Shown one piece after another: positions 32,144 through 40,330 of a stretch of 64,000 bases of DNA. The DNA is from Planctomycetota bacterium (lineage in GTDB: Bacteria; Planctomycetota; B15-G4), in contig CBDFJQ010000002.1 of the NCBI GenBank assembly GCA_965248575.1, forward strand, positions 5,223,174 through 5,287,173, read 5' to 3'. The stretch's first letter is position 1; each line of letters starts with the position of its first letter. The notes beneath the pieces were generated by a model, which was not told the origin of the DNA, searched no databases, and saw only the letters and a program-made list of their open reading frames with translations. Both the position numbers and the translations under genes were made by a program.

Positions 32144-34647
32144 TGCGAGTGACCGGACTCTGCCTGGTGCTGATGACTTGCGTCCTCGCGTCTTCCTTGC
32201 GTGCCCAGGAAGGAGAGGAGGATGAGCGCCAACGGGTGTTGAGGGACCAGACCCGCATGTCGGCGCGCCTGACCTCCTTGCAGGAGAAGATGCTGCGCTT
32301 GAGCGAGCGTTACGAGCAGGAAGGTCGCACGCGCAACGCGCAGTTGCTGCGCGACGCCATGGCTCGCTTCGAATCGGACGCCCTGATTGATCAGGCACGG
32401 GACATTGAGCAGAGCTTGTCGCGCTCGATGCTCGACACGGTGGAGAAGCAAGACAGCCTGGGGGACTCCTTGGAGAGCATCTACGCGGTGCTCCAGGACC
32501 GCAACGATGTGGATGATGTGCGCAGCAAGGCGGACCTCGCCAAGGCTGCCCTGGCCGAGATCGGTAATCTCATCGTGGACCAGGAACGACTGCTGTCCCA
32601 GACGCGGGCCGTGACGGACAACCCGGGGGAGCTCGCGAAGTCAGCCCTGGAGGCGGCCGAGAATCTCGACGACTCCCTGGCCGGTGCAGAGCAGGCCGCG
32701 GCCCAGGCCGAGGCCGCCGAAGCAGGTTTCGCTGAAGCGCAACTGGCCGAGCAACTGGCTGCTGCCCAGCGGGCCTTGGAGCAATCGCCGCAGGCCAGCG
32801 CAGCCCAACAGGCGTCCCTCATGGAGGGCGCCGATTCACTCTTGCAGAAGTTGTCGGAGCCCTTGCCCGATGTGGGTTCGCCGGAGTCGGCCGAAGCGGT
32901 CAGCGAACTGCGCGAAAACGCTCGCGCTGCCGCGCAGGATGCACGCGGGGCCATGGATCGAGCGCGAGCGGAGCTGAGCCGCCTGGAGGCGCAAGGCGCA
33001 CAAGGTGCTCAGGCCAAGGAAGGAAGCGAGGCTGGTGCCGAGGCCGAAGACAGCGCTGAGAGCGAACCGGGTGCCGAACCGGGTGCCGAATCAGGTGCCG
33101 AATCAGGAACCGAATCTGGTGCTGGAAGCGAAACTGGGTCTGAGAGCGAGTCGACAGCCGAATCTGAAACAAACGAAGGCACGGAATCGGGGCCTGAAGG
33201 CGAAGCCAATGAGGATAACAGCGGCAGCTCCGATCAAACGTCCGAGGGCGAGCCGTCGGCAGCCGAGGAGATGGCTCGCGCGGCAGAAAAGCTGGAGCAG
33301 GCGCGGGACTCCTTGCGCGAGGCGGAGCGTCGGCTCGCTGCCGCCCGCAACAGGTCACTTGCTGCTGCCCGACTTCAAGCCCGGGAAGCCCAGAGCCAGA
33401 GCGAAGAGCTGGACGACCTGGGCCAACGGCTCGAGACCCTGGATCCCGAGCAGGGCCCCGAGCTCCTGGATCGCATTCGGGAGATGCTCGAGGACGTGGC
33501 GAAGCTCAACCAGGAACTCGAGAGTGGGCAGAGCTCCGCGGCCAAGCAGTCAGCCGGACAGGCGCGGGTGGATCTCAACCAACTCATGCGGCAGTTGCAG
33601 CAGCGGCAGGAGGAAGCCGGCCAAGACAGTCCGCCCCAGGTGAGCCCCGAGCAACGGGCCCAGATGGTCGAGGATCAGCAGCGGCTCGAGAAGCAGCTGC
33701 GGCAGCTGATGGATCGCCTGGAGGAGATGCCGGATCAGACCTTCCAGGAATCAGGTCAGCAGGCGGCGTCCGCCATGGAGCAAGCGGCCGAGTCGATGCA
33801 GGCCGGAGACAACAGCGAAGCCGGGACCCGCCAGCAAGAGGCGGTGGAGCAGCTGGAGGAAGCCAAGAAGGAACTCCAGGGTGAGGCCAATCGCTACGAA
33901 CGGCTGCGCCAGGAAGAGGTGCTCTACAAGCTCTCGGAGGAGCTGGGTCGCTTGCGCGATGCGCAGGTGGCGATCGGCACGGAAGTGCGCGAGATCGACG
34001 ACCTGCGAGGCGACGACGACCGGCTCAGCCGCAGCCACAAGCGGGCCTTGGCTCGCTTGAGTTCCGAGCAGCGGGAGTTGGCGATCCAGACCGGCGAGCT
34101 GATCGAGGCGCTCAAGGAAGACTCTGCAGTGGCCTTCGTGTTTGCCATCGACCAGACCCGTACCAACATGGAAGAGGTGGGCGACCGCCTGGCAGACCGC
34201 CAGACTGATTTCATCGTGCTGTCCATGGTGGAAGAGATCGAACAGCGCATCACTGACCTGCTCGCGGTGCTCGAGGCCGAAGAAGAGCGACGCCGGGAAG
34301 CCATGGAGGATCAGCAAGACCAGGAGCAGCAGGAGCAACCGCCACAAGACGGGAAGCCCTCCTTGGTGCCAGAGGTCGCTGAACTGATGCTGATCCAACG
34401 CATGGAGTTGAGTGCGCTCTCACGTCTCGAGACTTTCCAGAAGCTGCACCCCGAACTCAGGGAAGAGGGCGGCCTGGGCCCGGTGGAGCGTCGGTTGCTG
34501 GAGCGCTGGGCTTTGCAGCACACAAAGGTCACGGAGGTGTTCGAGTCGATGATTCCCAAGGCGCCGGAACCCGAGATACACGAACCCGAGATTCAGGAGC
34601 CTGAGGTCCAGGAACCAGAGGTCCTGCAACCGGAGGAGGATTCATGA
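32143..34647 (+). CDS. Exported long coiled-coil, E/Q/A-rich protein
   Basis: TGATG overlap with the upstream stop and GGAGG RBS. Signal peptide MRVTGLCLVLMTCVLASSLRA-QE, repeated A...M..A...L helices, acidic linker. Confidence 0.7.
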   Translation: MRVTGLCLVLMTCVLASSLRAQEGEEDERQRVLRDQTRMSARLTSLQEKMLRLSERYEQEGRTRNAQLLRDAMARFESDALIDQARDIEQSLSRSMLDTVEKQDSLGDSLESIYAVLQDRNDVDDVRSKADLAKAALAEIGNLIVDQERLLSQTRAVTDNPGELAKSALEAAENLDDSLAGAEQAAAQAEAAEAGFAEAQLAEQLAAAQRALEQSPQASAAQQASLMEGADSLLQKLSEPLPDVGSPESAEAVSELRENARAAAQDARGAMDRARAELSRLEAQGAQGAQAKEGSEAGAEAEDSAESEPGAEPGAESGAESGTESGAGSETGSESESTAESETNEGTESGPEGEANEDNSGSSDQTSEGEPSAAEEMARAAEKLEQARDSLREAERRLAAARNRSLAAARLQAREAQSQSEELDDLGQRLETLDPEQGPELLDRIREMLEDVAKLNQELESGQSSAAKQSAGQARVDLNQLMRQLQQRQEEAGQDSPPQVSPEQRAQMVEDQQRLEKQLRQLMDRLEEMPDQTFQESGQQAASAMEQAAESMQAGDNSEAGTRQQEAVEQLEEAKKELQGEANRYERLRQEEVLYKLSEELGRLRDAQVAIGTEVREIDDLRGDDDRLSRSHKRALARLSSEQRELAIQTGELIEALKEDSAVAFVFAIDQTRTNMEEVGDRLADRQTDFIVLSMVEEIEQRITDLLAVLEAEEERRREAMEDQQDQEQQEQPPQDGKPSLVPEVAELMLIQRMELSALSRLETFQKLHPELREEGGLGPVERRLLERWALQHTKVTEVFESMIPKAPEPEIHEPEIQEPEVQEPEVLQPEEDS
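33064..33123 (+). repeat. Five degenerate 12-bp in-frame tandem repeats (EPGA EPGA ESGA ESGT ESGA)
   Basis: gaaccgggtgcc gaaccgggtgcc gaatcaggtgcc gaatcaggaacc gaatctggtgct. Confidence 0.85.
34567..34635 (+). repeat. Four-plus degenerate 15-bp in-frame tandem repeats (EPEIH EPEIQ EPEVQ EPEVL QPE)
   Basis: gaacccgagatacac gaacccgagattcag gagcctgaggtccag gaaccagaggtcctg caaccggag. Confidence 0.85.
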
Positions 34648-35300
34648 ACGTCCTGCTGATCGCAGTTCTCAGTTGCCTGGGCCAGGTCGCCGGGGCCGAT
34701 GCCGACATGGAGGCGCTCGTCGCGCGTATTCGTGAGAACCTCACGCGCGTCGACGAGATGTTGTTCGAGACCTCGGAAGCGGAAGACGTGGCCACGAGCC
34801 TCGACGATGTGGTGAACAAGCACACCCAGGTCATCCGCGACCTGGATGAGCTGATCAAGCAGATGAAGTACACGCCGTCTGCGAGCAGTAGCTCGAGCAG
34901 CTCCGGTCAGGACCCCCAAAGCCCTTCGAGCCAGCCGCCTCCGCGCGAAAGCGATGGCAGCCAACAACAGGAGCAGCAGGAGAGTGGTGGCGAGAAACCC
35001 AACTCTCCCCAGGAGCAGTCTCCGGACGGGGGGCAGCAGGACGATCAATCCAAGGAGAACCCCCAAGCGGGCTCCCAGGAAACCGCTGAACCGCGCCAGG
35101 AGGAAGGCGGGCCGCCACCGCCGGACCCTACGGCAAACTTCACGCGCGAAGACGTCGACAAGCGCTGGGGGCTGCTGCCGCCCAAGTTGCAGGAGCGCCT
35201 GCTGAACCTGCACGTGGACGATCTGCCCGAACAGTACCGCGCGTGGCTGGAAGCCTACATCCGCCGCATGCACGCGCTTGAGTCAGGGCCAGGTCGCTGA
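34644..35300 (+). CDS. Exported small protein with S/Q/P-rich linker and C-terminal WG.LP...P..Y...Y motif
   Basis: Signal-like N-terminus, short coiled coil, low-complexity linker, C-terminal RWGLLPPKLQERL....LPEQYRAWLEAYIRRM. ATGA overlap. Confidence 0.65.
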   Translation: MNVLLIAVLSCLGQVAGADADMEALVARIRENLTRVDEMLFETSEAEDVATSLDDVVNKHTQVIRDLDELIKQMKYTPSASSSSSSSGQDPQSPSSQPPPRESDGSQQQEQQESGGEKPNSPQEQSPDGGQQDDQSKENPQAGSQETAEPRQEEGGPPPPDPTANFTREDVDKRWGLLPPKLQERLLNLHVDDLPEQYRAWLEAYIRRMHALESGPGR

Positions 35301-36412
35301 TGCTCGCCGCAGTCCTCGCCGCGTCGATTGCCCTGGCTGGTTCTCTTGCCCCGCCTGTGTCAGCGATGATCGGGGGGGGCTCGGAAGGGGATGAGCGTCA
35401 GGAGGATTCGGACAACCTGAGATCCGCCCAGGTGGTCGAGGTGGTGGCGTCGGCACACGCCTTCCTGCTGGACCATCAGAACGCCGATGGTTCCTTCTCC
35501 GTGGTGCGTGGGCGCTCATCCAAGAACGCCACCGTGGCCGTCACCGGTCTGACAGCGCTTTCGCTCATGGCGGCCGGGCACCTGCCGGCGCATGAGGCCA
35601 TGGACCGGACGCGCCATGGGAGCGCGGTCAAGCGTGCCGTGGATTGGTTGGTCGACCACTGCCAGGACAGCGGTGAACGCAGCGGCTACTTCTACACCGG
35701 AAACGACACCGTCTCCCGCATGCACGGTCAGGGCTACGCGCTGTTGGCACTCACCCAGGCCGCTGGCATGTACGGCGACGACGAGGTGCAGCGCGCGCGG
35801 CTTCATGCAGCCGTCCAGCGTGGCGTCGATCTTGTCGAGCGCACCCAGGGCATCCATGGTGGCTGGTGGTACAACCCCGAGCGCGGGACGAATCACGAAG
35901 GCTCTATCACCGTCTGCATGATCCAGGCCCTGCGCGCCGCCAAGGACGCAGGTTTCGTGGTCGATGGCGGAGTCATCGGGAAGGCCATGAAATACATGGC
36001 CAAGAGCCAGGACCAGGTGAGCGGGAAGTTCCGCTACGCCATGAACGACAAGCGCACGACCTGGGCGCTCACCGCAGCGGCCTTGGCAACACTCAATGCC
36101 CTCGGTGACTACGGCAGCGAGGAGTTGCAGCTGGGCTTCGATGCGCTGCAGCGGGACGACCCCTACACCGGTCTCGGGGGTGGGGAGTCATTCCAGTGGT
36201 ATGGCTCCTTCTATGCCGCCCAGACGTACTGGGCGCATCGAGACCAACGGGTGTTCCGTGAGTGGTGGGCGAGCTTCGTCGCCTACTGTGCAGACGACCA
36301 ATGGGCGGATGGATCCTTCCACCACGGTGACTTCGGGCAGGTCTACGCCACGGCCATGGTCTCTTTGACGCTTCAGGTGCCCTTCGGCTACCTGCCCCTC
36401 TTCCAGCGCTAG
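35300..36412 (+). CDS. Prenyltransferase/squalene-oxidase-repeat (alpha/alpha toroid) protein, copy 2
   Basis: Signal peptide, FLLDHQNADGSF, SRMHGQGYALLAL, GGWWY, SITVCMIQALRAA, QWADGSF, ends YLPLFQR. TGATG overlap. Confidence 0.8.
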   Translation: MLAAVLAASIALAGSLAPPVSAMIGGGSEGDERQEDSDNLRSAQVVEVVASAHAFLLDHQNADGSFSVVRGRSSKNATVAVTGLTALSLMAAGHLPAHEAMDRTRHGSAVKRAVDWLVDHCQDSGERSGYFYTGNDTVSRMHGQGYALLALTQAAGMYGDDEVQRARLHAAVQRGVDLVERTQGIHGGWWYNPERGTNHEGSITVCMIQALRAAKDAGFVVDGGVIGKAMKYMAKSQDQVSGKFRYAMNDKRTTWALTAAALATLNALGDYGSEELQLGFDALQRDDPYTGLGGGESFQWYGSFYAAQTYWAHRDQRVFREWWASFVAYCADDQWADGSFHHGDFGQVYATAMVSLTLQVPFGYLPLFQR

Positions 36413-36421
36413 CAGCGCGCG

Positions 36422-37444
36422 TCAGTGCAGGTCTTCGAGGGCTTCCCGCAGACGCGCCGCCGACGTCTGCGGCCTCTCTTCGCACAGGTAGAGTCCCATG
36501 TGCTCATACCCGCCGAGAGGTTGGGTGAAGGGCCTCAGCTCGAACAGCGGGAGGGTCTCGGGGCCGGTGTGCAGGATGAGGTTCCAGGCGGGCTCGCCAC
36601 AGGCGGAGGTCATCAAGCAGTCCATGGCCGCCGTGAGCCGGGCCAGGGCCACCGCGCTCGCTTCGAGAGCCACCGTTGGCATGTGGTGCAGCCAACCCTC
36701 CTGGGTCCCATGGGGCACCACGAAGCAATGCAAGGGGCGGCGCATGAAGGACGGCATCAAGATGCTGGCTTCCCCATGCACCTGTTCGACGAGCAGGTCG
36801 GTGGGTGTGTCGCGCAGGAGTTGAGCGGCCAGCCGTCCCGTGCGCTGCGGCTCGGAAGGCAGGGCGGCGCTGAGCAGGATCTGTTGGTGGTCGTGCTCCA
36901 CCGAGCCGCCCACCCGGCGTCCACGATTCTTCACGATCCCCACGTGGCCCCGGTGTCCATCTCCCCGATCCGGGAAGCGCTCGGGCGCGTGATGAAGCAG
37001 GAACTGCTCGGCGTGGGCCAGGTGCTGGAGCAGACGGATGGCGACGTCCGGGCTGGCGCCCCGCAGCCCAGCCTCGTGATGAAGGCTGCTCCAGTGCACG
37101 AGGTGCAGGCCCTGGCTGCCGCCCATCTGGGCCGGAAGGGTGATGGGATAGAGGTTGGGGGTGAACCAGGCCAGGTCCTCGCCCGGCAGCTCGGCTACGT
37201 CCACCGCTGGACACGTCTGGCTGTCGCACACGACACAGACATCGGGCGGGATGCTGTGGCGCTTGGCCCGGCTCTCGCTGTACACGATGGGGAAGCCATC
37301 CCGGTGCTCGTGGCCGAGCTCGCCGAAAGGCGCGAACTGAGAGGAGCAGTCGAGGCAGAGCTGGCTCAGGCCCTGGTAGCCCAAGGCATCGAAGGACCGA
37401 GCGGCCGTGTTCCGGGCGAAGGCCGCCCGTGGAAGCGCTCTCAT
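36422..37444 (-). CDS. GalT-like (HIT superfamily) nucleotidyltransferase
   Basis: [46 protein letters not shown] (cf. GalT N.G..AGAS..HPH.Q). Start overlaps the thiG stop by 4 nt. Confidence 0.65.
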   Translation of the reverse strand: MRALPRAAFARNTAARSFDALGYQGLSQLCLDCSSQFAPFGELGHEHRDGFPIVYSESRAKRHSIPPDVCVVCDSQTCPAVDVAELPGEDLAWFTPNLYPITLPAQMGGSQGLHLVHWSSLHHEAGLRGASPDVAIRLLQHLAHAEQFLLHHAPERFPDRGDGHRGHVGIVKNRGRRVGGSVEHDHQQILLSAALPSEPQRTGRLAAQLLRDTPTDLLVEQVHGEASILMPSFMRRPLHCFVVPHGTQEGWLHHMPTVALEASAVALARLTAAMDCLMTSACGEPAWNLILHTGPETLPLFELRPFTQPLGGYEHMGLYLCEERPQTSAARLREALEDLH

Positions 37445-38229
37445 GGGGTGTCGCTGGCCGCGATCAGTCCCTTGGAAGGGGAGCTGGCGGCGGCGTCGTC
37501 GCGAGCAGGCATGCGGCCGGCAAGCCACGCGGCGCGACCGGCCATCCAGCCGTGCTTCATGGCCCGAGCCATGAGCACGGGGTCGTCTGCGGCGGCGATT
37601 CCGGTGTTGAGCAGGACGCCGTCGATGCCCAGTTCGAAGGCGACCGCCACATCACTCGCCGTGCCCACACCGGCGTCCACGATGATGGGCACCGAGGCGC
37701 GGGACTTGATGGTGCGGATATTGCGGGGATTGAGGATGCCGAGCCCAGATCCGATGGGTGCGCCCAGCGGCATGACCGCGGCGACGCCGGCGTCCTCCAG
37801 ACGGAGCGCGAGGACCGGGTCGTCGTTGGTGTAGGCCAGCACGACGAAGTCGTCAGCCACCAGCTCCTGACATGCCTCGAGAGTCGCGAAGGGGTCGGGC
37901 AACAAGGTCTTGGGGTCGGCGAGCACTTCGAGCTTCACGAAGTTGTTGTCCAGCGCCTCGCGAGCCAGGCGGCAGGTGCGCACAGCATCTGCGGCGGTGA
38001 AGCAGCCCGCGGTGTTGGGCAACAACGTGATGGCGTCCAGGTCCAGATGGTCCAGCAGCGACGGTCCGTTGAGCTCGATGCGCCGCACGGCCACGGTCAC
38101 GCATTGCGTTCCCGACGCCTGAACGGCTTCGCGCATCTGTTCGTTCGTGGCGTACTTCCCGGTGCCGACGAAGAGGCGTGACTCGAAACTGTGAGGGCCG
38201 ATGACAAGCGGTGAATCGCCGGGGATCAT
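37441..38229 (-). CDS. thiG: Thiazole synthase
   Basis: [60 protein letters not shown]. Confidence 0.97.
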   Translation of the reverse strand: MIPGDSPLVIGPHSFESRLFVGTGKYATNEQMREAVQASGTQCVTVAVRRIELNGPSLLDHLDLDAITLLPNTAGCFTAADAVRTCRLAREALDNNFVKLEVLADPKTLLPDPFATLEACQELVADDFVVLAYTNDDPVLALRLEDAGVAAVMPLGAPIGSGLGILNPRNIRTIKSRASVPIIVDAGVGTASDVAVAFELGIDGVLLNTGIAAADDPVLMARAMKHGWMAGRAAWLAGRMPARDDAAASSPSKGLIAASDTP

Positions 38230-38314
38230 TGTGTGCACACTCGAAGTGTCGGGAAGAGGAAAGGTGGATGCGAAGAACGACCCTTGCGGGCGCAGGTGAT
38301 CGACGGCAACCGGT

Positions 38315-38536
38315 TCAGCCGCCGCCGACGAAGCCAATGATCTCGAGCTTGTCCCCCGATTGAAGAGCCCGGTGTTCCAACTGGCTCTTCGGGACGATCT
38401 CCCGGTTGAGCTCGACAGCGAATCGTCCGGACGCGATGTCCAGCTGCTTCACCAGGTCGGCCACGGTGCTGCCTGCGACAAACTCCCGGGCTTCGCCGTT
38501 CAGCAAGATGCTCAGGGTCTCATCAGGGTTCGGCAT
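38315..38536 (-). CDS. thiS: Sulfur carrier protein ThiS
   Basis: [27 protein letters not shown]-terminus. Adjacent to thiG. Confidence 0.95.
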   Translation of the reverse strand: MPNPDETLSILLNGEAREFVAGSTVADLVKQLDIASGRFAVELNREIVPKSQLEHRALQSGDKLEIIGFVGGG

Positions 38537-38584
38537 GGGATGGGTCTTGGGTGTGCTTGTTGCGGGTACATCCGGGGGCGCTGC

Positions 38585-39970
38585 TCAGGACTTCTCCCAG
38601 CGGTAGAGCTGGGCAACCTGGCTGAGGGTGGAGCCAGCCTGGATCTCCTGGCGCACCCTGTTTTCCATCTCGAGCACATCGTTGGCGCGGTTGGCGACCT
38701 CGACGGCACGGTCGGCTGGCACCACCACGATTCCGGAATCGTCGCCGACGATCCAGTCTCCGGGAGCCACGCGCTGTCCACCACAGATGATCGGGGTTCC
38801 GACCTCCCCGAAGCCCTTGGGTTCCCAGGCATTGGGGACTTGATGGCGCGCCCAGGCGGGGAAGCCCAGCTCCCGGATCGCATCGACGTCCCGAATCGCG
38901 CCGTCGATGATCACGGCCCCCAACTTGCGTTGGATGCAGGACTCGGTGGCAAGCTCGCCCCACACCGCTGGTGGGCGACCGCCTGCATCGATGACCAGGA
39001 TGTCTCCGGGGGAACACGCATCGATGGCCTCGACGGGCTTGGCCCAATCGCCGGGGTAGGTGCGACAGGTCACAGCCCGGCCCACGACGTGCTTGCCGCT
39101 GTGCACGGGATGCAGGCCGCTCATGGCGCCCCCTCGATGCATGGCGTCCGAGACGTTGGGCGTGGAGACACGCCCGAAGGCCTCCACGAGTTGCTCGGCA
39201 TCGAATCGCTTGAAGGAGGTGGTGGGGCTGCTCGTGCCCTCGGCGAGAGCGGTTCGCAACGCTTCCGTTGCAGCGCGTGCGTCCGGTGCCTTGCTGATCG
39301 CACCGCCCACGATCACGATGTCTGCGCCTGCGGCCGCGGCCTCAGCTGCAGACCCACCGTGAATGCCTCCAGCCACCGCAACCTGGATGTCCACGGCCTG
39401 GCGTACGGCGCGCAGGGTGTCGAAGGGATCCTTGCCCTCCATCTGTTCGTCGATGGGGCAGTGCACGCCAACGATGGCTGCGCCCAAGGCAGCAGCCTCT
39501 CGAGCCCGGCCCACGGGGTCTGGGTGGCCCACGAGATCGACGACGATGGAGATGCCGTAGTTGCGGCCCACCTCCACACATTCGCGGATCGTGCTGTTGG
39601 AGGCGAGGCTGAGAACCGTGGCGAAGCTGGCGCCGGCTTTGGACGCCATCTCCATCTCGGTGCGGCCAGCATCCATTGTCTTGGTGTCGGCAACGATGGG
39701 GATCTGCGGGTAGAGCTCGTGCAGACGGCGCACCGCGTCCAGGCCCTCGCTCTTCAGCAGGGGGGTTCCCACCTCGAGGATGTCGGCTCCGCCGAGCGCT
39801 GCCTCAGCGGCGACGCCGAGGGCCCGGTCGAGGATCAGGAAATCGAGGGCCACCTGGAGCCGGGGAGTCGCCGTGCGGCTGGCACTGCTCCCCGTGGGCT
39901 CCGAGCCTGAGGTGGAGGGGGCAGACGACGGGGGGGCCCCGCTGCTGAGTGGGTCTGGCGTGGTGGTCAT
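38585..39970 (-). CDS. 3-hexulose-6-phosphate synthase (OMP-decarboxylase fold) fused to an RraA/HMG-aldolase-like domain
   Basis: N-domain: LQVALD, LEVGTPLLKSEG, ADTKTMDAG, VHCPIDEQ, AVAGGI, IVGGAI. C-domain: STPNVSDAM, GRAVT, AVWGEL, DGAIRD, PGD.IVGD..G.VVVP. Confidence 0.85.
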   Translation of the reverse strand: MTTTPDPLSSGAPPSSAPSTSGSEPTGSSASRTATPRLQVALDFLILDRALGVAAEAALGGADILEVGTPLLKSEGLDAVRRLHELYPQIPIVADTKTMDAGRTEMEMASKAGASFATVLSLASNSTIRECVEVGRNYGISIVVDLVGHPDPVGRAREAAALGAAIVGVHCPIDEQMEGKDPFDTLRAVRQAVDIQVAVAGGIHGGSAAEAAAAGADIVIVGGAISKAPDARAATEALRTALAEGTSSPTTSFKRFDAEQLVEAFGRVSTPNVSDAMHRGGAMSGLHPVHSGKHVVGRAVTCRTYPGDWAKPVEAIDACSPGDILVIDAGGRPPAVWGELATESCIQRKLGAVIIDGAIRDVDAIRELGFPAWARHQVPNAWEPKGFGEVGTPIICGGQRVAPGDWIVGDDSGIVVVPADRAVEVANRANDVLEMENRVRQEIQAGSTLSQVAQLYRWEKS

Positions 39971-40039
39971 GGGGGGGGTGCATGTGTGGAGGGAGCCCCA
40001 TGCCGTCACGATCTGTATCGGGCCGGGGGGGAACCGGTA

Positions 40040-40069
40040 ATCGTAGGGAGGGCGCGAGAGTCCGGTCAA
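40040..40069 (-). promoter_or_regulatory. Putative sigma70 promoter for the hps-thiS-thiG run
   Basis: Minus strand TTGACC-N18-TACGAT. Confidence 0.45.
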
Positions 40070-40102
40070 GGTGCTCAGAACAGGCGCCTAGGCCCACAAT
40101 CC

Positions 40103-40132
40103 TTGACATGGCCAGCGACGGGGGACCATAGT
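40103..40132 (+). promoter_or_regulatory. Putative sigma70 promoter for nusA-infB-rbfA
   Basis: TTGACA-N18-CATAGT, ~35 nt upstream of the leader hairpin. Confidence 0.55.
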
Positions 40133-40166
40133 GGACGTTTCGCCCGGCTTCTCGTGATTGCGTAGG

Positions 40167-40222
40167 ACGAGTGGGACCCGGACCGGCTCCGAAAGGACCG
40201 GCTGGCTCGGCCCACTCGTTTC
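40167..40222 (+). ncRNA. rimP-leader-like attenuator hairpin upstream of nusA
   Basis: ACGAGTGGG (40167-40175) pairs with CCCACTCGT (40211-40219), followed by TTC. Apical CCGG.TCC-GAAA-GGA-CCGG GNRA hairpin. The GAGTGGG/CCCACTC stem is the known leader signature of rimP-nusA-infB operons. Confidence 0.7.
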
Positions 40223-40330
40223 AATTCAGGCGCGCTTGCCGTGGGTTGTGCTCAGTTTGCACAGGGCGAATGTCGTGTTTTCGTCGTCAGATGCCGGCCT
40301 CCGGCGCCCTTTCGCAACTCCCGGTGTCTC

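Noticed and set aside
33064..34635. Short tandem repeats as a CRISPR array
   Set aside because: The units are 12-15 bp, in frame within a CDS, without spacers, and there are no cas genes.
28637..36412. Calling the two barrels squalene-hopene cyclases or a terpene biosynthetic cluster
   Set aside because: They are single-domain (~370-420 aa), exported, lack a positioned DXDD motif, and have no isoprenoid pathway genes within the cluster.
39971..40100. Possible TPP riboswitch upstream of the thiS-thiG run
   Set aside because: No CTGAGA core with the matching CCTGA...GGGA element on the minus strand. A vaguely similar GAACCGGTAATCGTAGGGAG is on the wrong strand and coincides with the putative promoter.
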